Assembly (NCBI GenBank): GCA_001643675.2
Contig: LSRY02000003.1
Location: 1,240,001 to 1,304,000 of the forward strand
Reading direction: 5' to 3'
DNA from: Monocercomonoides exilis PA203
Taxonomy: Eukaryota; Protista; Preaxostyla
Length of the DNA stretch: 64,000 bases
Shown: positions 1 to 10,689 of the stretch, one piece after another
How the letters are laid out: every line of letters starts with the position of its first letter
Position numbering within the stretch: position 1 is the first letter of the stretch
Translations under genes and position numbers: made by a program
The notes under the pieces: model-generated
Told to the model about the DNA's origin: nothing
What the model saw: only the letters and a program-made list of their open reading frames with translations
Databases searched by the model: none

Positions 1-3000
1 TGAAAAGTGGAATTGACCACATTGACAGAAGTGGAACAGAAGGAGAAAGGAAAGTGAAAGTGAGGGATGAAGGGACAATTGAAGATTCTTATTCATTCAC
101 AGATGCACTTGTGATTGATGGATGTGTGAATGAGGGAGATGAAACCAAGCACAAGCCAATTCATTTTGAAGGTCCAATCAAAGGGAATTCTGCATCATCT
201 GTTATTTCATCAACTGCCTCACTCGACTTGTTATCTTTGAAGCTGCAGATTCCAAGTCAATTTGTACCAAGTATAAATACACTGATCTCATCGAGTGGAG
301 ATCTTCAACTCGAAAACTGTTTATTTGAGATCCGATCAACAGATATTATTCAATATTCGTTGATAACCACAACAACTGGAAGTTGCACATTGAAAGGATG
401 CAGTCTGACAGATTGTTCATTTGCCAAATCTCCATTGGTGATGGCTTCTTCTGTTTTGTTTGAAAACAGCAATTTTTCAAACATTGTGAACACTGGAAGC
501 GGTGAAGGAGGTCTTGCAACAGTGACATTAAAAAATGAGGAAGATTTGGTTATAATATCAACAAATGCATCATCTTGCTCACTTTCATCAAGCAATGGGA
601 AAGGAGGATTCTTGTATTTGGATTGTGAAAATTGTTTGAATGAAAATCCATTTATTTTTGATACTGGCGTAACATTTGAGAACAACAATGCAACTTTTGG
701 AAAGAATATGTTCATTTTGGCAAAAGATTTTAATACTTCTGTAACAAATATATCATTCAAATTTGAATATTCCTCAATGAAGGATGATAAAACTCTGTTT
801 GTTGGAAGTGATGACAAACATCAAGAAAAGGATTTATTCATGTTTCTGATTCCATACAGCTCATTTGAGATATTTATTTCATTGAACGGATTTGATGTCA
901 CGCGTTGTGGAAGTGAGGAAGAGCCATGCAAAACGATGTGGAAAGGGATGAAAAATATGAAAGAGGAGAATGGAAAGAAAACAATTCATATTGAAGAATC
1001 AACAATTATTCGAGATTCATTCAATGTTTCAAATTATCAGATCAAAAAGGATGCGAAGATGGGAGATGAAAATGCGAAAGCAACTTTGAATTTTGAAAAG
1101 GCAGTTGGAAGTCAACTGGATTATTTCATGGTGAATGATATTCATCTTGAATTGTCCAATATCCAATTTCAACTAACATCAGGATTTGACAACTCAGCCA
1201 AAACGATTATTTCCAGCAAAATTGGAGAATTGGTGATAAGTGAATGTTCATTCCATTCAGAAGCAGGAGCGAACAATGGATTTGATTGTGTATTTGTGGA
1301 TGTGATTGGAGGAACTGTGGAAGTGAATGATTTATCGATTGAATCATGCAATGTTGGAAACAGTATTTTTGCAATTAACAATGCTGTAGTTGTTTGCCAT
1401 TTAGTGAATGTTCGAGTGGAATCATTGAATGAAAGCGGCGAATGCCTTCTTCTGATCAAAGGAACTGAATCAACAACAAAGATAAATGAAGCAGACGAGA
1501 AAATGAGTCTCAAAATTGATAATTCATCATTTTCAGGGGTGAAAAGAAGTGATAATGGACCAAGCATTTTGGAGTCGAAAAGTGAGAAAAAGATTGATTT
1601 GGTTGTAAAGGAGAGCAACATTACAGAAGATAAGGCAGAAGAAAGTGAAAAAGGAGGAGCAATATTCTTCACTTTGGGTTCATCAGGATCAATGAAGATG
1701 ATTGGCTCAACAATCAGCCATTGCAGCTGCAGCAACAATACAGGAAGAGGAGGAGGAGTGTATTTGGCAACAAAGGAACGAGGAGAATTGAACTTCACAT
1801 TTGTGGGTATGAAATTCAGTTCAAACACAGCAAGAGTCGGGAATGATATTTTCATTGAATGCTTCAACATCACATCGCAGATCAATGAAACCCAATTCCA
1901 GTTTGATCTCCGAGAAGGCCATTACAATCGTTACAATGCGATATATGGAAGAGATGAGTGCAATTTTCCGGACGATACAGATCTGATTGAATTTGTGACG
2001 ATTCATCAGAGTGACACGATCATTGTGAGCAGTGTGAATGGAACGAATGAGAGACAATGCGGAACAAACACACTTCCATGTTATTCGATTGAGCATGGCC
2101 TGATTCATTTGACTTCGGAGCTGATTAGTCAAATACTCGTGATAGAAGAGAGTGTAATTGAAGAAGAGATAAATCTGGAGGAAATGAGTTTGAGCTCGAA
2201 AAGCAGAGGTTTGTGTGAAGTTGAAGTGAAAACAGGAATTGAAAAGACAAGAGAGACTTTGATAACAACAACAGGAACAGTTTCATTGGTGAGAGTGAAC
2301 TTTGTATTTGACTCAATTTTCATCTCTTCACATGAATCACTGATATTGCCAGAAGGAGGAATTCTTGAAATTATGAATTGTTCATTCACCTCAAAACAAT
2401 CAGCAGAAGAAGGAAATGAATATGCAAGCATTCCATTTCGTATTTTTAATATGGAAAAAGGAGAATTGCAACTTGATGGATGCACAGTATCAAATCTAAT
2501 TCTTCAAGAATCTGCATTTCATCTTTCTTCTCAACTTCCATCAGTGATTGATTCATTAACGATTTGCCATTCGACAATTTCAAAATCTCTGATAGATATT
2601 AATGAGTGCGGGCAATTAACAATTAAGGATTTCAATACAGAAAATATCACAGTTGAAGGAAAAGAAGAATCATTGATATCTTGCTTGTCAATGAAAAAGA
2701 CGATGCGATTAGCAAATTGCACAATGGGTGGAGTCTGTTCAAAGACTTCAAAAGGGAAATTGATGAAAGTGGAGGATTGCACAGAAGTGAAAATGGACAG
2801 TTGCATTTTTGATGGGAATTCAAATGAAAGAAATGAACAGAACATCAACGAAAATGAAGAGATGTGCAAATGGGATGGATCTCTTGTGGATGTTGTGAAG
2901 AGTTCTGTGATGATGAAAGACACAACAATATCGAATTCACCAGAAGGTGGAATAACAATGAGTGGAGGGGCATTGACTATTATTGATGGAAGATTTGAGA

Positions 3001-4892
3001 ACAATAATCCAACTATTGAAGGATATCCATCATTGAGAAGAAATATCATCTGTTCAGATGCAGGAACATTGAATGTTAGAAGTTTGAAAGGAGGAGATGG
3101 ATGGGAAAGAAATACATCGCTTTGGATGTTGAATGATGGGTGCAGTTTTGGAGGGATTGTTTCAGAGAGTGATTCATCGTTCTTCATTCCAGTTCTGGGG
3201 AGTGTGGAAGCAAAAGAAGAGACAGATAGAATGAAGCTGATATTCAAAGGAATGCTTCTTGTTCCATGCAATCTGTCATTCTCAATTGTGAAGAGAAAAG
3301 GAGAAGAGAAAGAGATTGAAAAACATGATTTTGATTCAAATGGATTTCTATCAGAAAGAGAAGTTGAAGGAAGTGTGGCAAAAGATCTGATCAATGGTTG
3401 TGGAAATGAAATGGAAATGAGTGTGCACATTTTGTTTGGGAATGCTGAATCTCCTTCATCAACAAATTCATTCATTCTGAAGAATTCAACTGTATCTGAT
3501 GGAGATGGAAACATTGCGAAAGGAAGAAATCTGACCAGTTCATTGTGGATAATAATAGTCATGGCAATCATTCTTTTTGTTGTTCTTATTGTTGTAGTTG
3601 TTCTGGCTGTTCGATGGAGGAAAGGAAAAGAAGAAATTAGGAAATACAAGGAGATTGTGAACGATAACATCAGAAAAGATCAGAAAGCATTTGAAATGGT
3701 GACGATGGAGATGTCGCCAAAGGAGCAGTGGAGGAGAGCAGAGAGCGAGGCAGAGAAGAAGAATGAAGAGAGGATAAAGAAGAGGGTGTATGAGACGAAT
3801 ATGGTGCATTCAGAGTCTGAACAGTATTTGCTGAGTGAGAGTGGATCGACTGAATACATTCTTGGACAAGACTCGGATAAAAATGGAGAATGGGAATTAG
3901 AGAAGGAAGAAGAGACACAAAAGCGAATTCCATCACCATCAGTTTCATCCACAGATACAGAAACCACATTTGTTCGAGGGGAGGATCTATTCCCAACAAC
4001 CTCATCGATGTCGAATCTGGTGGATGCAATGGCATGTTCATCGCCTTATGAAAAGCTGATTGTGGATTTGAGGGATTCGCTGTTCATGCTGCTTCATGGG
4101 AAGAATGAGAAGAAAGAGCTGGCGATTGGCACATTGAAGGAGAGAGAAGTGACGGGAACACAGATGCTGTTCTGGGTGGCGAATGGGGCTTTGCACTCGC
4201 TTGAAGATGAGGAAGACGAACTTCCCTCTTTGCGAGACCTGAGCCCGCACATTGTGCTTTTGTCAGAGCACATGGTGATCTGCATTGCGCTCCACTCCGA
4301 CTGCTCCTCTTCATCTGATGATTCGGATTCTTCCTCAATCACATCAACCACGATTGTGACATTTGCCAGTGTTGATGATGATGATGATGATGAAAGAGAT
4401 TCTCTGCCCTCATCAGCGTTTGAGGATGATGAGGATAAGTGGAAGGAGTGTTTGAGGTGGAAGGCGCCAGAGCTGGTGAAGAACAGGAAGATGGGAGCAA
4501 CAGAGAAGTCGGTGGCATTCTCGATTGGGATGATGCTGTGGGAGTGTGTGACACTCGAGATCCCGTTTGGAGAATACGAAGGGGAAGTGGCAGGGCAGAA
4601 GATTGCTGATGGAGAGAAGCCGAATGAGAGGGGAATTGAAGAGAGCGTGTTGAAGAATGTTGTTGATGCGTGTCTGTCATCAGAGGCATCGAAAAGACCA
4701 ACGCTCACTGAAGTGAAGAAAGAGCTGGTTGGGCTGTTTCCTGCTGGAACATTTGTTGTGTCGATGACAGATGCGATCATGCTTGAGGAAAGCAGTGAAG
4801 AGCAGGATGAAGAAAATGATGAAGGAAAAGAATGTGAAAAGGAAGGGGAAATGGAAGTGAATGAAATGAAAGACATGTTTGACAAGGAATGA
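1..4892 (+). CDS. Giant type-I membrane receptor-like protein (modular Cys/Gly-rich ectodomain, TM, degenerate TK/TKL-like pseudokinase); 5' truncated by the window edge
   Basis: Frame is open from base 3 (KSGIDHIDRSGTEGERKVK, colinear with the paralog at 22375-31482), so the GTG at 54 is not the start. Has CGxxxxPC modules, a TM helix (LWIIIVMAIILFVVLIVVVVLAV, ~3543-3611) and kinase C-lobe motifs LRWKAPE, SVAFSIGMMLWE, IPF, RPT. Confidence 0.85.
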   Translation, partial: KSGIDHIDRSGTEGERKVKVRDEGTIEDSYSFTDALVIDGCVNEGDETKHKPIHFEGPIKGNSASSVISSTASLDLLSLKLQIPSQFVPSINTLISSSGDLQLENCLFEIRSTDIIQYSLITTTTGSCTLKGCSLTDCSFAKSPLVMASSVLFENSNFSNIVNTGSGEGGLATVTLKNEEDLVIISTNASSCSLSSSNGKGGFLYLDCENCLNENPFIFDTGVTFENNNATFGKNMFILAKDFNTSVTNISFKFEYSSMKDDKTLFVGSDDKHQEKDLFMFLIPYSSFEIFISLNGFDVTRCGSEEEPCKTMWKGMKNMKEENGKKTIHIEESTIIRDSFNVSNYQIKKDAKMGDENAKATLNFEKAVGSQLDYFMVNDIHLELSNIQFQLTSGFDNSAKTIISSKIGELVISECSFHSEAGANNGFDCVFVDVIGGTVEVNDLSIESCNVGNSIFAINNAVVVCHLVNVRVESLNESGECLLLIKGTESTTKINEADEKMSLKIDNSSFSGVKRSDNGPSILESKSEKKIDLVVKESNITEDKAEESEKGGAIFFTLGSSGSMKMIGSTISHCSCSNNTGRGGGVYLATKERGELNFTFVGMKFSSNTARVGNDIFIECFNITSQINETQFQFDLREGHYNRYNAIYGRDECNFPDDTDLIEFVTIHQSDTIIVSSVNGTNERQCGTNTLPCYSIEHGLIHLTSELISQILVIEESVIEEEINLEEMSLSSKSRGLCEVEVKTGIEKTRETLITTTGTVSLVRVNFVFDSIFISSHESLILPEGGILEIMNCSFTSKQSAEEGNEYASIPFRIFNMEKGELQLDGCTVSNLILQESAFHLSSQLPSVIDSLTICHSTISKSLIDINECGQLTIKDFNTENITVEGKEESLISCLSMKKTMRLANCTMGGVCSKTSKGKLMKVEDCTEVKMDSCIFDGNSNERNEQNINENEEMCKWDGSLVDVVKSSVMMKDTTISNSPEGGITMSGGALTIIDGRFENNNPTIEGYPSLRRNIICSDAGTLNVRSLKGGDGWERNTSLWMLNDGCSFGGIVSESDSSFFIPVLGSVEAKEETDRMKLIFKGMLLVPCNLSFSIVKRKGEEKEIEKHDFDSNGFLSEREVEGSVAKDLINGCGNEMEMSVHILFGNAESPSSTNSFILKNSTVSDGDGNIAKGRNLTSSLWIIIVMAIILFVVLIVVVVLAVRWRKGKEEIRKYKEIVNDNIRKDQKAFEMVTMEMSPKEQWRRAESEAEKKNEERIKKRVYETNMVHSESEQYLLSESGSTEYILGQDSDKNGEWELEKEEETQKRIPSPSVSSTDTETTFVRGEDLFPTTSSMSNLVDAMACSSPYEKLIVDLRDSLFMLLHGKNEKKELAIGTLKEREVTGTQMLFWVANGALHSLEDEEDELPSLRDLSPHIVLLSEHMVICIALHSDCSSSSDDSDSSSITSTTIVTFASVDDDDDDERDSLPSSAFEDDEDKWKECLRWKAPELVKNRKMGATEKSVAFSIGMMLWECVTLEIPFGEYEGEVAGQKIADGEKPNERGIEESVLKNVVDACLSSEASKRPTLTEVKKELVGLFPAGTFVVSMTDAIMLEESSEEQDEENDEGKECEKEGEMEVNEMKDMFDKE

Positions 4893-5208
4893 GAGCTGAA
4901 AACAAAAGAAATTGTTTTCAAAACTGAATATGAAATGAGAGAGAAAGAAAATTATTTCGTCACTTTTGCATCAATTTTGATCAAAACTGAAATTCAAATC
5001 ATTGAGTTTTAAGATATGTGTGTTGACAGGACGTGGGCTTATGGAAAAGGTGAATTTTGAGATCGGAATGTTTTCAAGAGAGTTTCGTATGATTATATTA
5101 ATTTTCTTTAAAAGCTGAAAAATTGGAAAAAAAAAAAGGGAAATAAAGTTATCTTTTTGTTGAAATTTTTTAAAAAAATTAATTTATTTGACACACGAAT
5201 AATACACC

Positions 5209-5275
5209 AAAAATAATTCTAATTCCAAAAAAGAATAATTCTAATTCCAAAAAAGAATAATTCAAATTCGAAAAT
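5209..5275. repeat. Subterminal tandem repeat, 22-bp unit AATAATTCTAATTCCAAAAAAG (~3 copies)
   Basis: Directly visible; degenerate inverted counterparts lie at ~9575-9627. Confidence 0.85.
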
Positions 5276-5562
5276 TAAAAGTTCAATTTCGTAATTTATT
5301 AATTCGATTTTGAAAAGGGATAAATCTATTTCGAAATTGATTTTAAACAGAAAATGAAAATATAAACTGTTGATGGATTTCTGATAATTTCAAGTTATTT
5401 TTAAATCAATCAAATGTCATTACTCAAATGACTGTTTTTTTTAATTGAAACAATCAATAATTCTGTATTTTGAAGTTTATTTTTAAAAAAAAAAAAAAAA
5501 CAAAAATCATCACTCTGACGAAAAAAACATTTTAAAAAATTCATTCAATTGAATAACCATAT

Positions 5563-8500
5563 GGGTGATAATTTTTGAAAAATCACCACAGATCAAAAAA
5601 ATAAAACCATCATAGTTAGTGAAGTTCGTTGAAAATTATTTAAATTAACAGTTAACTTCGTTTTTCATCAAAAGTGAATTTTTTCCCCCTGGAAAAGAAA
5701 TTACCAAAAATTAAAAAAAATGCAAACGATCAAAATATATCAGTTTTTTCTCAACTTGCATTTATTTGCTTTGAGAAAAGAACACTTTTCAAATCAAGAT
5801 ATTTTGAGTTTCATTTAAACATGAGATTTCATATCGAACAATCTGCAGGTTAGCACAAAATTTACGTTTGTTCAATTCTGTAATTTTTCTAAGTTCGAAT
5901 TGCGTAAGAAATAAATGCTATCCAACAATCGTGTCGAATAAAAGCTTATTCATTCAAAGATATTTAACATTTATTAAATGTTTCAGCCAGAAACGTATTC
6001 TGCAAAAAATTCTTTCATTTCAATTATTCCAATTCACCTTTATTAAAAAGAATGGCAATTGCATTTTCTTCTTTGCAATTTGTATGGGCAACAAAAGATT
6101 TAAAGGTTATACAGGACACTTTTTTATTTTTTTATTAACTTCAGTTTCCTTTTTTGTTACCATAGCATGTCAATAAACTTCGCTGTGTTGAATTTGACTC
6201 TTCTGCAAACAGTACTACAACAATCTCGTCTCTTCTTTTTCTTCTTTAGCTTCATTACATTCATCCTGGTCACCACCTTCAACGTGTTCTGCAACTTTCA
6301 CTTTTTCCGCCAATTCGACAACTAACACTTCCTCCTCCTCTTCTTCCTCGTTAGTTTTTTTGAATGGAATTTGTGAAGTTTCTAAATTGCAAGCAGAACT
6401 GCGTACAAGGTTTTGGATTTTTTTTTCCTGGAGCGAAAAGGAAGCGAAGACGGGACAGATGGGATTTGTTTTTCGAAAAAAGCAATATTTGGGAAAGAAA
6501 AAAAGAAGAAAGTCAATAAAGAACAATCGGTGAAAAAAGGCATGGACATATTTTTGAATATGTAACTTTTCATTCATTGCTTTTTTAATGTTATTAAGAT
6601 TTTGCAAGGATGTTCAATGACAATGGTTGAACAAGGAATATGGAAAGAGTGCGCATTGGATTGACTAAAGAAGTCAGGATATAATAATTGGAAAGGCGTA
6701 TAGAGGAAAGAACAGGTGAATAATACAAAAGAAAGGAAAGAAAGATGTTTTTATAAAGGCATTGGAATGTATTAACGATGAATCTTGTTAAAAGCGAAAA
6801 AAGAGGGAAACAAAAATTGATGATATGGCAAAAGAAGAAATTTAACGAAAAGCTGAGAGGAAAAAGATATTTGACGGGAAGAAGAAGATATTTATTATCA
6901 TTTGACTGAATGAGACGACTTTGGTAAAATGGTAGAAAAAGTGAAAACATAATATAGAGGGATTTTTGAAGATGAGTCAAAAGAAAGGAATAAATGAAAG
7001 AAAAGGAAGAAGAAGAGAAAGAGGAAGAAAAAGAAGACGACGAGGAGGAGGATGACAACGCCGCTGACGATGTGGGCGGTGAAATCGAAGGATCGATCAC
7101 GCCCAATGCACACTCAAAGGACAGCAGCATGTTGTTGATTGCCATCTCCATTGAACTCAGAACTTATAAGTGTTGCGCTAAAGAAGCAAATAATTGTGAT
7201 GCATAGAAAGATGTGGCTTCTCTTTCCTCTTCAATGCAATTGTCTCGTGAAACTGCATCACTTGCCTCACGTATACAAGCAGCACCCGAAAGCAGATCGC
7301 CACTTCCATCTCGTTCTTCCCCAGCTGCAGCTTCACATGCACCGCCTGCAGCTGCGCCGTCTGGAACAGCGTATGCCACCCTTCTTTCCTCCCCACTTCC
7401 GTCTGCACAGCCTCCACCAGCCGCTTCAGTCCTGCACCTGCACCTGCCCCTGCAGATACCCACGCCGTTACACACGCAGACACCCCCGCTGATACCACCG
7501 AAAGCACCTGCACCTGATCATCCAGCGCCGGTTAACCATCTTTCCAACTGAGCTGTTCCACGGTAGGAATGGAAGAGATCTGCAGTTGGAAGCATCGCAC
7601 ACATCTGCATGCATTACGCACAACATGAAGAAATCGTTGCTCTGGAACACCTCCAGCACCGATTCAAACGATGGTATACAGAACCGCCGCAGCTAGTTCT
7701 CATCACTGAAGATTCGCAGCGACAGCATCATCAGCATTTTCGTTTCCTTCTCCGTCTTGTTCATCTTCTGCCTCATAATTACATCCAATCCTCCTTAACA
7801 TCCAATACCACAACCGCCGCCATTGGACCTAAAGCTGTTCTTCTCAGATCTCTCGCTGATCAAAGATCTCGTTCCCTCACTTCCGCCTCCTCCTTACCCA
7901 CAGCTGTTTGCTTCTCCTTCAACACTTGCCCCACTTTCCACTTTCACAGAAAGCTCCTTCTTTCTATTGTCTGGCCCAATCATCACAGTGCCACGATCTC
8001 CGATGCTCGCGGAAAACTTCTCCTGAAACTTTTCATGCAACTCCGAAGGCAAGATCAATTTAGCTGAAGACGGAACCATCCTTCCACACACAAAAACTGG
8101 CAAAGAAGACGAGGCAAACTACGACACCGAACTCTCCAGCGAACCCGCGCTATCCCCACTCGCCACCCCGCACTGCTGCGTCCGCAGCTTCTTCTCCTTC
8201 TCAATCCCCGCATTAATCAGCTCTGTCTTCTTCTTCATTACCACCAGCTGATCCTGCATCTCCTTCACATCTCAGTTGCATTTCTTGCTCAGCTCCAGAA
8301 TCTTCCTCTCCTGCAACAAGATGATTCAGCCCTTTTCCTGAAGTTGCTCTTCCAGTTTGCCCGTTCGCTTCGAAATTTGCACGTCAGAACGAACCTCTTT
8401 CAGCAGAACGTTTTTCTTTAAAAACCTCTTCTCATTCTTCAACTACACCTCCTCGTTCTGCTCCTTCTGCTTCCGGACATTCCGCCTCAGCCCACATTTC

Positions 8501-9266
8501 CCCCACACCAACTCTTCCACCATCTCCTCGTTCTTCCAGGGAGTTCAGCTATGCATCTACACTTCATTCGCCTTTAATGAAAAAGCTGATCTATGAGCTG
8601 GATGTATTGAAAAAGATGATGAAAGAGAAAAAAACGAAGGAGTCAATAGTGATATGAAGATAAGAAAAGGAAAAACAAATAATTCATTTTCACTTTCTTT
8701 TCATTATTTATCTCAAAGATAAATAAGAACTCTACATATCATTTGTTAATTCTTTTTTGTTTTTGCTTAAATGCACAAAAATCTTCAATTGCTTTTTTTT
8801 TTGTCAAAATACAAACAAGTTCTATCAAAATTATTGTCGTGTATTTTTGGATTCAAAAAAAGTGTTAAAGTCGAAAAACTGATTTTTTAAAAAATTTGAA
8901 AATAAACGTATATAAAACATTTATAAAATTAAAAATTTGCATAATGAGATTAGATAGATAATGATTTTTATAATTCAAACAATTGATATGTGAAATTCAT
9001 TTAGTCAAAAAAGTTACAAAAGAAAATTCAAGTTGAATGTGTTGCAGTTTTATAACGACAAAAATAACAAATAAACTTCAATTATTGTTCCATAAAGTAA
9101 ATGTCAATGATAAAAATTTTAAAAAGGAAGGAATCAAATGCTTAAGTTTGAAAAAAATGAATGAGTAAATGGAAAAAGAAATAATTACGGTTAACAAAAA
9201 TATGTCTTGGATTTAATGTGGGACAGATCAGGCTAAAAAAAGGTAATTTTTCAAAAATTTTCACCC
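5563..9266. mobile_element. 3.7-kb TIR element with GGGTGA termini and 4-bp ATAT TSD, carrying a decayed non-transposase gene
   Basis: 25-bp TIRs, 23/25 identical (GGGTGATAATTTTTGAAAAATCACC vs GGGTGAAAATTTTTGAAAAATTACC). ATAT at 5559-5562 and 9267-9270. Confidence 0.75.
6215..8545 (-). pseudogene. Decayed coiled-coil/low-complexity gene remnant inside the 3.7-kb element
   Basis: GC-rich island. One minus frame reads WKNEEMVEEL..EEV*LKNEKRFLKK..QEKG*IILLQERKILELSKKCN*DVKEMQDQLVVMKKKTELINAGIEKEKK..VS*FASSSLPVFVCG.. with repeated in-frame stops. An acidic terminal exon-like piece lies at 6215-6430. Boundaries are approximate. Confidence 0.5.
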
Positions 9267-9627
9267 ATATAAAAATAATAATTTTTCAATCACATTTATT
9301 GAATAACAAAAAACAAGAATTTTTTCACAAACAATATTTTTAAGTCTCTTTGGTGAAAAAATAGAAAAACATCAATTTTTTGTACGAAAATGAATACATT
9401 TTCTTATTGAAAAACTTTTATTAAAGAAATACACATTCAAAATGAATGAAATTTTTATTAAGGAAATGCATCATTTTTTAAATATTCAAGAACAATGTGG
9501 GCTCACGAGATCAAAATCAAGAGTATTTTGACAGCAAAACATAAGTTAATAATTATACTAATCAAATAAATTTTCGTCTCGAAATCGAATTATTCTTTTT
9601 CGAAAATGAATTACTATTTTTCGAAAT

Positions 9628-9867
9628 GGGTGATTCTTTTTGAAAAGTCGCAAAAGTTTAATTTTCAAATAAATCAAAAAATTCATATTTTGCTCAAATT
9701 TTTGTTAACACACACCAAACTTCACTAACATGGAATCAATATCTTGATAATGCTATTTCAAACATTCTTAAGAAGATTCGTGAGTGGAAACAGAAATTTG
9801 AGCAAAATATGAAATTTTTGATTTATTTGAAAATTAAACATTTGTGACTTTTCAAAAAGAATCACCC
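9628..9867. mobile_element. MITE, 240 bp, ~80-bp TIRs starting GGGTGATTCTTTTTGAAAAGTC, AAAT TSD
   Basis: Near-perfect long inverted repeat with AAAT at 9624-9627 and 9868-9871. Removing it restores the right end of the 5205-9887 element. Confidence 0.9.
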
Positions 9868-10266
9868 AAATAGAATTATTTTTGGTGTATATTTTTTTAT
9901 ATATTTTTGGAAATTACTCACCTTAAATTGTTATATAAAATCGAAAAAGTTTCAATCAAAATCGGAAAATTCAATAATATGGAAAACATTAGAAAATATT
10001 GCAAAATCCTGAACCAAATCAGTTGAATATCAATAATTGAATGATTTGAGAAGTTCGACACTTTGCAACATTTTGTACCTTTTGTTGATTTTTTTCTTTT
10101 ATTCTCTTTTCTTTTTTTATTTTTAACCTTCACCATTATTGATTGAATATTTTATTATTGGTAAATACCTGATTTGGATGTTTTCAACAAAAAATGAAAT
10201 TTGTTATGCATCAAATTTTTCATTCTCCTTTTTTTTCAACCATATTTCAACTTTAAAAATATATAT

Positions 10267-10471
10267 GGCTGATCCTTTTTGAAATCATTCTTTCGTTCGA
10301 GTTTTGATCAAAAATTAAATCTTAATGGGATTTTGAAAAATTGAACCAAACTGATAATACATGTTGTTCATGATGTTGTTATTGCAGAAACAAAATTTTG
10401 ACAAAAATCCCATCGAGATAAAAATTTTGATCAAAACAAGAATGAAAGTTAGATTTCAAAAGGGATTTGCC
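10267..10471. mobile_element. MITE, 205 bp, ~75-bp imperfect TIRs starting GGC, ATAT TSD
   Basis: ATAT|GGCTGATCCTTTTTGAAATC ... GATTTCAAAAGGGATTTGCC|ATAT; the inverted match continues through GTTTTGATCAAAA and ATGGGATTTT. Confidence 0.85.
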
Positions 10472-10689
10472 ATATATAAATAATTCATGTTGCAATCATG
10501 ATAATATTATTTTTTTTCTTTAATAAGTGAATATTGAAAATGGAAAAACTGTTTGAAATATAAAAAAGAATATGAAATGAATACAGCAAATCAAAATTTT
10601 CAAACATAAAAGGTTAAACATCACTTTCAACGTGCATGATTGTTTTTATTCTTCGTCTGCTGAAATTTTCTGAAAAGTTTGAAACGTTT

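Larger units (their letters stand above)
5205..9887. mobile_element. Non-autonomous TA-flanked TIR DNA element (Tc1/mariner/pogo-type ends), host to two nested insertions
   Basis: TA|CACCAAAAATAATTCTA at 5203-5221 and its exact inverse TAGAATTATTTTTGGTG|TA at 9871-9889. ~22-bp subterminal tandem repeats occur at both ends (5209-5275; ~9575-9627). Confidence 0.75.

Noticed and set aside
346-4921. Many long antisense ORFs over the receptor genes (and over G3BP-like, CFAP74 and coiled-coil genes)
   Set aside because: Shadows of biased codon usage and low complexity; shared between paralogs only because the sense strand is conserved.
4890-5012. 39 open codons after the receptor TGA (possible readthrough)
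   Set aside because: The paralog's homologous 3' flank has an indel and stops after 10 codons, so the extension is not conserved.
5209-5275. Short direct repeats resembling a CRISPR array
   Set aside because: No spacers, eukaryotic context, and explained as transposon subterminal repeats.
7160-8545. In-frame stops as evidence of a TAR-to-Gln genetic code
   Set aside because: The stops include TGA as well as TAR, and intact genes here (cathepsin B, G3BP-like, NSRP1) end in TAA; pseudogene decay is simpler.
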